Assembly: GCA_964613615.1 (NCBI GenBank)
Contig: CAZTIB010000133.1
Location: 4,046-68,045 of the forward strand
Length of the DNA: 64,000 bases
Source of the DNA: an uncultured Chromatiaceae bacterium
GTDB lineage: Bacteria; Pseudomonadota; Gammaproteobacteria; Steroidobacterales; GCA-2729495
Reading direction: 5' to 3'
Part shown: in pieces, positions 38,014-47,652 of the stretch
Position numbering within the stretch: the stretch's first letter is position 1
How the letters are laid out: every line of letters begins with the position of its first letter
The notes under the pieces: generated by a model
Seen by the model: the letters and a program-made list of their open reading frames with translations, nothing else
Told to the model about the DNA's origin: nothing
The model's database searches: none
Program-made: the position numbers and the translations under genes

Positions 38014-39858
38014 ATGGTTATGCCTTCCGCAAACGCATACCAACGACAAGGCAGGCAGGTGTCAGGTAGCCACGACATCATCCGGATCGACTACGACCGC
38101 AACCTGGTAGAGCTGTTGCTCGGGCGACTGGCGCGGGATCCCGACGACGTGGCCTATCGCCAGTATGAAAAAGCGGCCCGCGACTGGGTGCCGTGGACCT
38201 GGCGGCAGTTCGCCAACCGGGTCAGCTGCTGGCAACAGGCCCTGGCCGCAGAAGGCCTGAAGGCCGGTGACCGCGTCGCCGTGATGCTGCAGAACGGCCG
38301 CGACTGGGCCGCCTTCGACATGGCCTCCCAGGGGTTGGGGCTGGTGGTCGTGCCGCTGTATGTGAACGACCGGCCCGACAACATGGCGTTGATCCTGCAG
38401 GATTGCGGCGCTCGCTTCCTGCTGGTGGGTAACAACGAGCAATGGCAGCCGCTGGCCGGGGCGGAGGCCATGCTGGCACAGCTGCACCGGGTGGTCAGCC
38501 TGGAGCCCGCTGCTGCACTGCCCGGCGGACTGCAGCCCGTGGCGGCCGACGACTGGTTGCCGACAGTGGCCGGTGACGTGCAGGTAGAGGCCCCCGGCGG
38601 TGCGGCACTGGCGTCTATCGTCTACACCTCTGGCACGACGGGCCGACCGAAGGGCGTCATGCTGAGTCACCGCAACATCCTGGCGAACGTGCTCGGCGTG
38701 CTGGAGAGAGTGCAGGCCTACCCGAACGACCTGTTCCTGTCTTTCCTGCCCCTGTCCCACATGCTGGAACGCACTGGTGGCCTGTACCTGCCCATCGCCT
38801 CCGGTGCCACCGTGGCCTTCGCACGCTCGGCGAAATTTCTTGCCAAGGACTTCGAGTTGGTCAAGCCGACGGTGATTATCAGCGTGCCGCGTATCTTCGA
38901 TCGCATCTACGCCAAGGTGCAGGAGCAGGTGGCCAAGCAGTCTTCCCTGAAGCGTGCCATTGTCTCGCAGGCCATCAAGACCGGCTGGGATAACTTTCTC
39001 TATGAACAGGGCCGCGGCCGCTGGAAGCCTGCGCTGACCTTGCGGAAGCAACTGGACCGAGTGATCGGCCCGAAGGTGCGCCAGGCCTTTGGCGGCAACC
39101 TGCGCTGCGCAGTGGCCGGCGGTGCGGCCATTGCCCCGGAGGTTACGAAGTTTTTCATCGGTTCCGGAATCACGATTCTGCAGGGTTACGGCTCTACCGA
39201 GACCTCACCCGTGGTAGCCGTCAACTCTTTTGAAGCAAATATTCCGGAAAGCGTGGGTCAACCGCTGGCGGATGTCGAAGTCAAGATCGCCGACAAGGAC
39301 GAACTGCTGACGCGCGGACCCAGCGTGATGGTGGGCTACTGGAATAACCCGGAAGCCACTGCTCAGTGCATCGACGATCAAGGCTGGTTTCACACCGGCG
39401 ACTGCGCTCGCATCGACGAGGACCATGTCTTCATTACCGGGCGCATCAAGGAAATCATCGTGCTGGGCAACGGCGAAAAAGTGCCTCCCGGCGATATGGA
39501 ATTGGCCATCGGCACGGACGAGTTGTTCCACCAGGTGCTGGTCATCGGCGAAGGCAGGCCGAACCTTGGCGCCCTGGTCGTGCTCGAGCCGGAGGAATAC
39601 GAGAAACTGGCCAGGGCGGAAGGCCTGGCTGAGCTGAGCGCCGAGAAGGACAGCCCGCGCCTGAAGAAGATCCTGTGCGCGCGTATTGGCGCCAAGCTGA
39701 AAGACTTCCCCGGCTACGCGAGGATTCCCCGCCTGGCCGTGCTGGAGGAACCCTGGACTGTGGAATCCGGCCTGTTGACGCCGACGCTGAAACCGAAGCG
39801 GGCAAAAATTCTCGAGGCCTGTGACACCGAAGTCCGCCAGCTGTATGGCGAGGACTGA
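38014..39858 (+). CDS. Long-chain acyl-CoA synthetase (AMP-forming)
   Basis: AMP-binding motif IVYTSGTTGRPKGVMLSH, plus GYGSTE, TGD and TPTLKPKR. Exact start uncertain. Confidence 0.88.
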   Translation: MVMPSANAYQRQGRQVSGSHDIIRIDYDRNLVELLLGRLARDPDDVAYRQYEKAARDWVPWTWRQFANRVSCWQQALAAEGLKAGDRVAVMLQNGRDWAAFDMASQGLGLVVVPLYVNDRPDNMALILQDCGARFLLVGNNEQWQPLAGAEAMLAQLHRVVSLEPAAALPGGLQPVAADDWLPTVAGDVQVEAPGGAALASIVYTSGTTGRPKGVMLSHRNILANVLGVLERVQAYPNDLFLSFLPLSHMLERTGGLYLPIASGATVAFARSAKFLAKDFELVKPTVIISVPRIFDRIYAKVQEQVAKQSSLKRAIVSQAIKTGWDNFLYEQGRGRWKPALTLRKQLDRVIGPKVRQAFGGNLRCAVAGGAAIAPEVTKFFIGSGITILQGYGSTETSPVVAVNSFEANIPESVGQPLADVEVKIADKDELLTRGPSVMVGYWNNPEATAQCIDDQGWFHTGDCARIDEDHVFITGRIKEIIVLGNGEKVPPGDMELAIGTDELFHQVLVIGEGRPNLGALVVLEPEEYEKLARAEGLAELSAEKDSPRLKKILCARIGAKLKDFPGYARIPRLAVLEEPWTVESGLLTPTLKPKRAKILEACDTEVRQLYGED

Positions 39859-39982
39859 GTCCAGGCGCGCGGCATTCACCTCACCCGGCCGGGGCCGAAT
39901 TGACCCCGGCAACTGCACTCACCCGCCGTGGGTGTATGCTGACTGTCAGATCTCGCAGCCCCGTCAAGCTGAGCCACCGGAA

Positions 39983-40831
39983 ATGGCGATTTCTGACCAC
40001 TACCAGCTCGGTCTGCCCGCCTGGGGTTTCCCCGGCTGGCGGGACCGATATTTTGCCGCGAAGCCGTCGCAACTGGCCGGCTATGCGCGCGTGTTCAACA
40101 CGGTGGAGGGCAACACCAGCTTCTACCGCGTGCCTGACCGGGGCCAGGTGTCGCGATGGCACGCCGATGTTGCCGGCACGGATTTTCAGTTCTGCTTCAA
40201 ACTGCCGCGCGAAGTCACTCACGAACGCCGACCCGATGCCGATGTCCTGGGCGCCTTTCTGCGTGCCGTCGAGCCCTTGGGCGACAACCTGGGGCCCTTG
40301 CTGGTGCAGTTTCCGGCCACCGTGGGACCCTCCCAGTTGCCCCAGGTTCGCGAGCTGTTGTCCCACCTGCCGGCCGCGTTTCGATTCGCCCTGGAAGTTC
40401 GCCACCCGGCCTTTTTCGAGCAACCGGAGCTGCTGGAGGATCTGCTGGACGAGCACAATGCCGGCCGTGTGGTGATGGACACGCGGCCGCTCTACCTGGG
40501 CGACCGCAGCCACCCGGAAGTGCTGGCAGCCCTTCACAAGAAGCCGGATCTGCCCGTGCTGACCGAGGTGTGCAACGGCCTGGCCTTCGTCCGGCTGATC
40601 CTGCACCCGGATTTCTCCGCCAATGACGAATACCTGGATGAATGGGCAACCAGAACCGCTGCCTGGCTCGATGCGGGCCACGATGTCTTCATGATGATTC
40701 ATTGCCCGAACAACCTGCACTGCCCGGAACTCGCCGAGGAGTTTCACCGCACTTTGCAGGCGCAACCGGGCATGGCAGAGCTCCCTCCACTCTCGCCGTG
40801 GCCGGTGCCGCAGCAGGCCCAGCTGCTGTGA
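39983..40831 (+). CDS. DUF72 domain protein
   Basis: GLPAWGFPGWRDRYF..., TVEGNTSFYRVP, FQFCFKLPREVTH and LGPLLVQFP blocks. ATG at 39983. Confidence 0.85.
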   Translation: MAISDHYQLGLPAWGFPGWRDRYFAAKPSQLAGYARVFNTVEGNTSFYRVPDRGQVSRWHADVAGTDFQFCFKLPREVTHERRPDADVLGAFLRAVEPLGDNLGPLLVQFPATVGPSQLPQVRELLSHLPAAFRFALEVRHPAFFEQPELLEDLLDEHNAGRVVMDTRPLYLGDRSHPEVLAALHKKPDLPVLTEVCNGLAFVRLILHPDFSANDEYLDEWATRTAAWLDAGHDVFMMIHCPNNLHCPELAEEFHRTLQAQPGMAELPPLSPWPVPQQAQLL

Positions 40832-40843
40832 GCTGAAGCCAGA

Positions 40844-41482
40844 TCATCCGTTTGGTCCCTTCTGCGTCAGGACCAGGCCTTTAGTCACAGAAAGCATGTC
40901 CCGGATCTGGCGATCATGTAAGCGCCCCAGCAGAGCTAATGCCGCTACGGCGCCCACTAGCGCGTACGCCATGTCCGACTGGGTGTCCCACACATAACCC
41001 TGGGTTCCCAGGAACGCCTCGGCCGCGGTATCAGAAACGACGGCTGCCGCCCACTCGATAAGCTCGTACAAAGCGCTAAAGGCAAGACAAAAACAGACAA
41101 TGAAGAAGTTGCGCCATGCTGTCGACGCCACGATAGCTTTCCTGATCAGTATTTCTCTCGCGACGAGGGCCGGAACGAAGCCCTGCAGGAAATGACCCAG
41201 CTTGTCGAAATTATTTCTTTCGAAACCCAGCCCTGAGTCGGAGGGCTCGAACAGCGGCACGTCAGCGTAGGTATAGTGCCCGCCCACCATCAGGACGATG
41301 CAGTGAACAAGAATTAGCGCATAGAGAATTGGTGTGAGTGGAAACCTGCGGTAAGTCACAGCCAGGACGATAAAGGCAATGACTGCGGGCGAAACCTCCA
41401 GGGCCCAGGTCAGGTAATCCTTCGGATTTACGCCAGACCATACGAGGGTAGTAAGAAAAATGGTGATCCAGGCGACCCTCAA
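40844..41482 (-). CDS. DUF2238 (YjdF-like) membrane protein
   Basis: Six-TM protein with NNFDKLGHFLQGFVPA and YELIEW blocks. GC content is noticeably lower than in the neighbours. Confidence 0.75.
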   Translation of the reverse strand: MRVAWITIFLTTLVWSGVNPKDYLTWALEVSPAVIAFIVLAVTYRRFPLTPILYALILVHCIVLMVGGHYTYADVPLFEPSDSGLGFERNNFDKLGHFLQGFVPALVAREILIRKAIVASTAWRNFFIVCFCLAFSALYELIEWAAAVVSDTAAEAFLGTQGYVWDTQSDMAYALVGAVAALALLGRLHDRQIRDMLSVTKGLVLTQKGPNG

Positions 41483-41629
41483 TTCCCGAACCTGACCGAA
41501 ACAATACTACCCAGACCGTTGTGGACGGATCCCTTTATCACAGGCATTCTGCGCCGACCCGCCCCGTCCGTGAAAGTGTGCCCTGGATCCCCAGCGTTCA
41601 ATCGGCCCGCCGGTTTGATCGCACGCATC

Positions 41630-41746
41630 TCATTGATGCTGAGACTTTCTGGCTTCCTTTTTGGACTTCTTCGCCGCCTTCCGTTCTTTTGGAGTCATCG
41701 CGGGTGGCTTTTTGCCTTCCCTGCTTGTCCTGTGTTCTTTGGACAT
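41630..41746 (-). CDS. 38-aa lysine-rich small protein (hypothetical)
   Basis: My translation is MSKEHRTSREGKKPPAMTPKERKAAKKSKKEARKSQHQ*, preceded by AAGGAG 8 nt upstream of the ATG. Below the ORF-track length cut-off. Confidence 0.35.
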   Translation of the reverse strand: MSKEHRTSREGKKPPAMTPKERKAAKKSKKEARKSQHQ

Positions 41747-41976
41747 GACCTTCGCTCCTTATAGCTAATCATCCAGACCCATTATGCAGCGGATTCGTCA
41801 ACAACTGCATCGTTTTGTCTGCCCACCTTCAATCCGGGGCTGGTCCTGATTGAGCCGAAATACCTGTCATAGGCGGGTGGACTCGCATGTCTCCGGTCCG
41901 CGCCGGATATCTCCGGCTGGATTACACTGGGCACCGTTCAGCTTACCCATCGGTCCGAAATACCTTCATCGCGCGA

Positions 41977-42339
41977 ATGACCAAGCCATCGCATCAACTA
42001 GCCAGATTCACCTGTCCCGGCTGCAAGGCGCTGGCGGACCAGGCCTGGTTCAACTGTTATGCGGATCAAATCAGCAACGCGGCGGGCGTACCGCTGCGTA
42101 TCCAGGGTGAGGACCTTGAGCGCCTGAGTCAGAACCCCCAGTTCCCCCCGTCAGTGCGGGAGCAAAAGGTGGCTTACTGGAACAAGGTGAACAACGGCGA
42201 GGTGTTTCTCGACCGCTGGGCGCCGATCCAGTCGGACGTGTTTGTTGCGGGCATGGAACTCAGCGTCTGCCACGCGTGCATGCAAGTGGCGATATGGCTG
42301 GGGGGCAAAATGATCTATCCGGCCGAGGCAACGGTATAG
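41977..42339 (+). CDS. Hypothetical double zinc-ribbon protein; possibly the N-terminal remnant of a DUF4145-type protein
   Basis: FTCPGCKALADQAWF ... SVCHACMQVAIWLGGKMIYP, then a stop. From memory, this layout matches the N-terminal module of DUF4145 proteins, whose C-terminal helical domain is absent here. Start uncertain (41887 or 41977) and no clear RBS. Confidence 0.4.
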   Translation: MTKPSHQLARFTCPGCKALADQAWFNCYADQISNAAGVPLRIQGEDLERLSQNPQFPPSVREQKVAYWNKVNNGEVFLDRWAPIQSDVFVAGMELSVCHACMQVAIWLGGKMIYPAEATV

Positions 42340-42443
42340 TCATGCAAGGGCCCGCGGCGTAGGCGGCGGCCAATGATGAAAAGTGGTCGCTGAAGCCCTG
42401 ATCTGTCACGGATCCCGAATACCGCGGCGTCTCGATCCAATTG

Positions 42444-43274
42444 TCAGAATACCGTGTTTCTCGGCGGCGAGTGACCGGCCCTGAGGTACGGATCGTGCGC
42501 CGGGTCTGGCGAAATGTAGCCACCACCGCGCGCCAGGCCCAATATGAATGGGTGATGGCGGGCCGGTGGCGCCGCATCCGTCGACCACCACGGCGGCAGC
42601 CGCATGAAGATGGCCGCCGCCAGCAGCGCAATCGTCTGCAGGCCGATCAGGATCCACACGTTGCCGAAGATGGTCAGGTACAGCGTACATAGCGATGTCT
42701 GCGGGATGTGTAGCAGTGCGGTCTTCAGCACGATGGAAAAGGGCGTGTCGTGTTCCGGCGCAACATACAGGTCCCAGTAGAAGTCATGGAACCACCAGTG
42801 CCAGCTGCCGGCGATGAACCAGGTGGCGATCCAGACCTGCCAGTCGGGCCACGCCGGGCCGATGGTTTTACAGACGTGCCAGACGGTCAGAATGACCTGG
42901 GCGGCACTCGCACCCCAGACCAGGCCGAAGGGAAGCTGCGTCGCCAGGTGCAGGCGCCGGTCGAAGCGCAGCGTATAACGTCCCCAAACACCCCAGTAAG
43001 CGATGAAGATCAGCAGCGTGATACCAACGGTCGCCGCGATCCACGCCGGGTCGCCCAACTGTGCCGGGGTGGCAAACGGGCTCTGCAGGATCATGGCCTG
43101 CGTACCCGTGAGCCAGCACAAAAGGAAACAGCAGCAGAAATAGATGCCCGCGCGGGTCCATGACGCCGCGGGTACGTAAACCTCAGGGTCCTCGCCGCGA
43201 AAGCGCACCCAGTACAAAACGACCAGGGTGGCCAGCAGCACGGCCACGCCCGCGTTGAACAGATTCAGCAACAT
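42444..43274 (-). CDS. Hypothetical Trp-rich integral membrane protein
   Basis: About 7 predicted TM helices, with aromatic blocks (WFIAGSWHWWFHDFYWDLY). No family recognised. Confidence 0.6.
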   Translation of the reverse strand: MLLNLFNAGVAVLLATLVVLYWVRFRGEDPEVYVPAASWTRAGIYFCCCFLLCWLTGTQAMILQSPFATPAQLGDPAWIAATVGITLLIFIAYWGVWGRYTLRFDRRLHLATQLPFGLVWGASAAQVILTVWHVCKTIGPAWPDWQVWIATWFIAGSWHWWFHDFYWDLYVAPEHDTPFSIVLKTALLHIPQTSLCTLYLTIFGNVWILIGLQTIALLAAAIFMRLPPWWSTDAAPPARHHPFILGLARGGGYISPDPAHDPYLRAGHSPPRNTVF

Positions 43275-43315
43275 GGTGCCCGATGGCGCAGGCGGAAATC
43301 GCCCTCAGCGCCGGC

Positions 43316-43888
43316 TTACCACAGGGTGACCTTCCAGCCACCGGGCGCGTTTGTGCCTACGCGGCGCCGCTCGCGCATCTGGTGATGCAGCAGCGCCCGC
43401 TGGTCCGCCAGCCAGTCTTCCTTGGTCACCGTTTCGGTGCTGCCGTGTTCCGCCCGGCGCTCCTTCTCTGCGGTCCGGAAACCGCAGAACTTGTGGTAAG
43501 CCGTCAACTCGGGCTCGAAGTCCTGCAGCGTCAACTCCACCATCACGGCGTCATCCAGGAAGCCCAGCACGGGTACCCGATCAGGAATGATGTCTGCCGC
43601 TTCGGCAAAATAGAACAGCGCACCCTGCACGCGGGTCAGATCTTCACCTTCCAGTTGCCACTCCTCATCCTCGATCATATCGGCGAGCTGTTCGAGGCGC
43701 TCGATGCGTTCGAGGATAAAGCCGGGACATTGGCCGGAACTGCGCGCGCCTGCGAGCTTCACCCGCACCAGCTCGGCGAGCGTCCTGGGGTCCGCATCGG
43801 GTGGCATCTTGGACTTCACCCGCTGAGCCATCGCGGCGAATCGCTCCAGATCCGCGTCTGGTACCTCGAAGGCAATCTCCATTGGCAT
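43316..43888 (-). CDS. DUF1232 (YkvA-like) domain protein
   Basis: IIPDRVPVLGFLDDAVMVEL motif. Confidence 0.7.
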   Translation of the reverse strand: MPMEIAFEVPDADLERFAAMAQRVKSKMPPDADPRTLAELVRVKLAGARSSGQCPGFILERIERLEQLADMIEDEEWQLEGEDLTRVQGALFYFAEAADIIPDRVPVLGFLDDAVMVELTLQDFEPELTAYHKFCGFRTAEKERRAEHGSTETVTKEDWLADQRALLHHQMRERRRVGTNAPGGWKVTLW

Positions 43889-44075
43889 GCTGATTCTCCT
43901 GTAGTGATCCCGCTGTCACGGCCAATCGCCGCGACTCGGGCCAGCTGCACAGCTACGTTTTTAGGCATCCTGTCCCGCAGCATATATACGGGCATCTACC
44001 TACCGGCCGCAGGCCGGGCCGGCCAATGGCTGCGGACAGCGGGCGCCGGCGCCCGAACCACATGATAATTGGCCC

Positions 44076-45383
44076 GTGACCGGTGCAAGATCAGACGGCA
44101 ATTCACAGGTACTGGGGTACTTCTCAGCAACCTCCATCGTGGTTGCCAACATGGTGGGCACCGGGGCGTTTACGACGCTGGGCCTGCAGGCCGAACTGGT
44201 GCCGGACCCCGCCTGGCTCCTCGGCATATGGCTGGCGGGCGGCCTGATCGCCTTCTGTGGTGCACTTTGCTATGCGGAACTGGGTGCCGCCCTGCCGCGC
44301 TCCGGCGGCGAATACCATTTTCTTGGCCGCATTTATCACCCGGTGCTCGGCCTGGCCGCCGGGCTGGTTTCCGTGACGGTGGGTTTCGCCGCGCCGATGG
44401 CCCTGGCCGCGATGGCCCTGGGCCGCTATGCGGCCACCATTTTCCCCGTCAGCCCGGCCTGGACCGGGGCAGCGGCGCTGTTAGTCATCACGCTGTTTCA
44501 CCTGGTCGACGTGCGTATTGGTCAGCGTTTCCAGGTAATCAGCACGGCGCTGAAACTAGCGCTGATTACAGTGTTTATCGTGGCCGGCCTGTCGGCACCG
44601 CCGCTTCCCGCCGGCGTAACCGGCGCGGCAGCAGCTGCGCCCTCCGGCCCTGCGCTGTCGCTGGCACTGGTCTTTGTGTTCTACGCGTATTCCGGCTGGA
44701 ATGCCGCAGCCTACGTGGCCAGTGAAATACGCCGGCCGCAGCGCGTGCTGCCACTGGCACTGCTGCACGGCACGGCTATCGTGACCGTGGCCTACCTGTT
44801 GCTGAACTACGTGTTTTTGCGCACCGTGCCGCTGCAGGCTCTCGCGGGAACCGTGGAGATCGGTGCGTTATCCGCCGCGCGCATATTCGGGGCCACGGGT
44901 GGGGCCGTGATGAGCGGCATGCTGTGCCTGTTGCTGGTTTCCACGATCAGCGCCATGGTGCTCGCCGGGCCGCGCGTGCTGCAGACGGCCGGCGAGGACA
45001 TCCCGTTGCTGCGGCCGCTGGCGCAGCCGACCTCGCGCGGCGCGCCGGCCCGCGCGATATTGCTGCAAGTCGCGATCGCGCTGATTTTCCTGGCCACCGG
45101 GTCTTTCGAAGCGGTGCTGACCTTCGCCGGTTTCACGCTCACGCTGTTTGCCGGGCTCACCGCCGCTGGCGTCATCGTGCTGCGGGTCACCGAGCCCGGC
45201 TTGTCTCGCCCGTGGCGCACCTGGGCCTACCCGTTGCCGCCGCTTCTATTTTCTGGCGTTAGTGGCGCGGTGCTGGTCCTGGCGCTGCGGGAAAGACCGC
45301 AGGCCGCTGTTGCGGCCATCGCGCTGACAGGCCTGGCGGTCGCGGCCTCAGCCTGGCAGCTCAGACGGCGGAAAGTGGGCTGA
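44076..45383 (+). CDS. APC-family amino acid/polyamine permease
   Basis: 12 TM helices, with N-terminal MVGTGAFT and AELGAALPRSGGEY blocks. Confidence 0.85.
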   Translation: MTGARSDGNSQVLGYFSATSIVVANMVGTGAFTTLGLQAELVPDPAWLLGIWLAGGLIAFCGALCYAELGAALPRSGGEYHFLGRIYHPVLGLAAGLVSVTVGFAAPMALAAMALGRYAATIFPVSPAWTGAAALLVITLFHLVDVRIGQRFQVISTALKLALITVFIVAGLSAPPLPAGVTGAAAAAPSGPALSLALVFVFYAYSGWNAAAYVASEIRRPQRVLPLALLHGTAIVTVAYLLLNYVFLRTVPLQALAGTVEIGALSAARIFGATGGAVMSGMLCLLLVSTISAMVLAGPRVLQTAGEDIPLLRPLAQPTSRGAPARAILLQVAIALIFLATGSFEAVLTFAGFTLTLFAGLTAAGVIVLRVTEPGLSRPWRTWAYPLPPLLFSGVSGAVLVLALRERPQAAVAAIALTGLAVAASAWQLRRRKVG

Positions 45384-45386
45384 CCG

Positions 45387-46235
45387 TCAGTGTCGGTCGC
45401 GGGTGAACGGCACGAACCGAACCGGAAAAATGGACCGCTCGGCCAGGGAACCGTCGGCGTTCTTCCGGATGACCACCAGCTCTTCGTAGCCTGATTCCCG
45501 GCGCAGCGGAATCACCATCCGCCCACCCGGGTGAAGCTGCTCCACCAGCGGCGGCGGCGGCACATCGACAGCCGCCGTCACGATTATCCCGTCAAAGGGC
45601 CCATGCTCCGGCCAGCCGGCGAAGCCGTCACCGATGCGCACGTGCACGTTGTCATAGCCCTGGTCTGCCAGGGTCTCGCGCGCCTGCCGGCCCAGTTCAT
45701 CGACGATCTCGATGCTGTACACATCGGTACAGAACTCAGCCAGCACGGCTGCCTGGTAGCCAGATCCGGTGCCGACCTCCAGCACTTTGCAGTCTTTGGG
45801 CAGCTCCAGCAGATCCGTCATCATCGCCACCAGGGACGGCTGCGAGATGGTCTGGCCCTGGCCGATGGGCAGCGGTCGATTCTCGTAGGCTGCAAAGCGC
45901 AGGTCTTCCGGTACGAACTCTTGCCGTGGCACCGCAGCCATGGCCGCCATCACCCGCGGGTCCAACTCGCTCTTGCGCAGGTATACGCGGGCTTCCAGAA
46001 CCCGGTTCTCGATGACCCGGACCAGTTCTTCGCGTGCTTCCCGATACTGGGCCTCTTCGGCGGCAACCGCCTGAAGTACACCAATCGGGGCCGCCGATCC
46101 ACCAAATGTAGCGGCCATAACAATTAATCCCCTCAACATATCGCGCCGGGGCAACCCAACCCCGTATTGAATTCCATTAGATACATTATTGCTAACATGG
46201 TTCCGCAGCGGCATTCGTAAAAGTACGCAAACCAA
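45387..46235 (-). CDS. pcm: Protein-L-isoaspartate O-methyltransferase with N-terminal Tat-like signal
   Basis: TISQPSLVAMM and LEVGTGSGYQAAVLA SAM motif. N-terminal extension is GLPRRDMLRGLIVMAATFGGSAAPIGVLQAVAA. Start M1 (46235) or M8 (46214). Confidence 0.85.
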   Translation of the reverse strand: MVCVLLRMPLRNHVSNNVSNGIQYGVGLPRRDMLRGLIVMAATFGGSAAPIGVLQAVAAEEAQYREAREELVRVIENRVLEARVYLRKSELDPRVMAAMAAVPRQEFVPEDLRFAAYENRPLPIGQGQTISQPSLVAMMTDLLELPKDCKVLEVGTGSGYQAAVLAEFCTDVYSIEIVDELGRQARETLADQGYDNVHVRIGDGFAGWPEHGPFDGIIVTAAVDVPPPPLVEQLHPGGRMVIPLRRESGYEELVVIRKNADGSLAERSIFPVRFVPFTRDRH

Positions 46236-46285
46236 TCACCACTCATTAGCGGATGCGCGTATCCCGCTTCGAGTCCCCGCAGCAC

Positions 46286-47047
46286 TCATCCACCCAGGAT
46301 GCGGTCCACCGCCGCCGCTAGGTCTCCCGCGACCTGCCCACCACAATCCGCAAGCCGGTCCTCGTCACCGGCCCGGTATTTGCCGGTCTGCACCAGCCAG
46401 GCCCCAAGGCCATTGTCTCTCGCGCCGACCACGTCCGCCTCCACATCGTCGCCAACCATGACCGCGTCGGCGGCGGCGGTGCCGAGATCGTCGAGCACGG
46501 CCCGAAAAAAGGCTGGTGAAGGCTTGCCAGCCACAATGGCCTGCTGGCCGGACGCGTATTCCAGCGCGGCGACGAAGGCGCCGGCGTCGAGGTGCAGTTG
46601 GCCGCCCTCGCGGAAGTAGCGATTCCTGCCCACGGCGATCAGCGGCGCGCCGTCACTCATCAGGCCAAAGGCCTGATCCAGCGCCGCGTAGCCGCAATAC
46701 TCGGCTGCATCCGCGAGAAACACCGCATTCGGGTCGCGGGTCTCCAGCCCGGCGAAATCCGGTGCCAAGTCAGGGTGGATGATGAGCAGCGGCCGCAGGC
46801 CCGCTTGCTCGAGGTACGCCCGCGCGGCCAGGGGTGCGGTGAAAACCTGCTCCGCCGTCACGGCGAAACCCATGCTGCAAAGGCGCTCCACGGTGCTCGC
46901 GCGAGTCCGGCGGCTGGTGTTGGTGACGAATCGCAACTGGATGCCCGCCGTCGCCAGGCGTTCGATGGCGTCTATCGCGCCCGCGTACGGGACGCGCCCG
47001 TCGTGGAGCACTCCGGCAATGTCGAGAAGGACGGCATTGACACCCAT
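46286..47047 (-). CDS. HAD-superfamily hydrolase, subfamily IIA
   Basis: LLDIAGVL (DxxG variant of motif I), FVTNTS and GDDVEADVVGA (motif IV). Confidence 0.8.
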   Translation of the reverse strand: MGVNAVLLDIAGVLHDGRVPYAGAIDAIERLATAGIQLRFVTNTSRRTRASTVERLCSMGFAVTAEQVFTAPLAARAYLEQAGLRPLLIIHPDLAPDFAGLETRDPNAVFLADAAEYCGYAALDQAFGLMSDGAPLIAVGRNRYFREGGQLHLDAGAFVAALEYASGQQAIVAGKPSPAFFRAVLDDLGTAAADAVMVGDDVEADVVGARDNGLGAWLVQTGKYRAGDEDRLADCGGQVAGDLAAAVDRILGG

Positions 47048-47134
47048 GATGCTGCCCAGCGAAACGCTGTGCGCCGGCGAGGTGACCGCCGGGGCGATGA
47101 ATAACCAACACGCCGCGGCGTCGGCGACGGACGT

Positions 47135-47458
47135 TCAGTCGGCGGTTTTACCCAGCAACAAATCGACCTCGCGCTCCGCATCGAGCCAATCCGCAACCGG
47201 GTCGCCCCCTTCAAAGCCTCGACTCATAGCCCGAAAATAGGCCGCTTCAGCGATCTGCTGACGGCGCTGCTCGACAGAGATCGGGCGGGCAGCCTGCTTG
47301 AGTTGGGCTGCAGCGCCAGTCCCTTTGGCGCGGGCACCAGTGGGCTTAACGCTGATCTCCGAAAGCTTTGGTTCACTTTGCGGTTTTCTGGCCGTCGTCG
47401 CGGCCTTGGCGGCCTTGGCGGCCTTGGCGGCCTGCTTAGCAGTCTCTTCCACGTCCAC
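47135..47458 (-). CDS. DUF2934 domain protein
   Basis: C-terminal IAEAAYFRAMSRGFEGGDPVADWLDAE and N-terminal AKAAKAAKAA low complexity. Confidence 0.75.
   Translation of the reverse strand: MDVEETAKQAAKAAKAAKAATTARKPQSEPKLSEISVKPTGARAKGTGAAAQLKQAARPISVEQRRQQIAEAAYFRAMSRGFEGGDPVADWLDAEREVDLLLGKTAD
47400..47433. repeat. Tandem 9-bp repeat (CGGCCTTGG, about 3.6 copies) inside the DUF2934 gene
   Basis: Direct reading of 47400-47433; encodes (AKA)n on the minus strand. Confidence 0.7.
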
Positions 47459-47652
47459 GGTAGATTACCTCCTTTCATCAGAGATACGCGGGGCCAACAA
47501 CGAACCACCCGCGTGAGGACGTCAAATACTCTACCGCACTGCGCGGGAGCATGCGACAGATATTGGCGGTGGATTGTGCCTACCGATCCTAGAGCCCTGC
47601 AGCAGAACGGAACGGCCCGGTTTCCGCACCAACAGGCCTTGTGGCCCTCCCG

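Noticed and set aside
42340-42443. Possible frame-shifted continuation of the DUF4145-like gene (frame reading ..QGPAA*AAANDEKW)
   Set aside because: Resemblance to the SPRAAAALLR motif is too weak to distinguish from chance in GC-rich sequence. There is also not enough room for the missing domain before the next gene.
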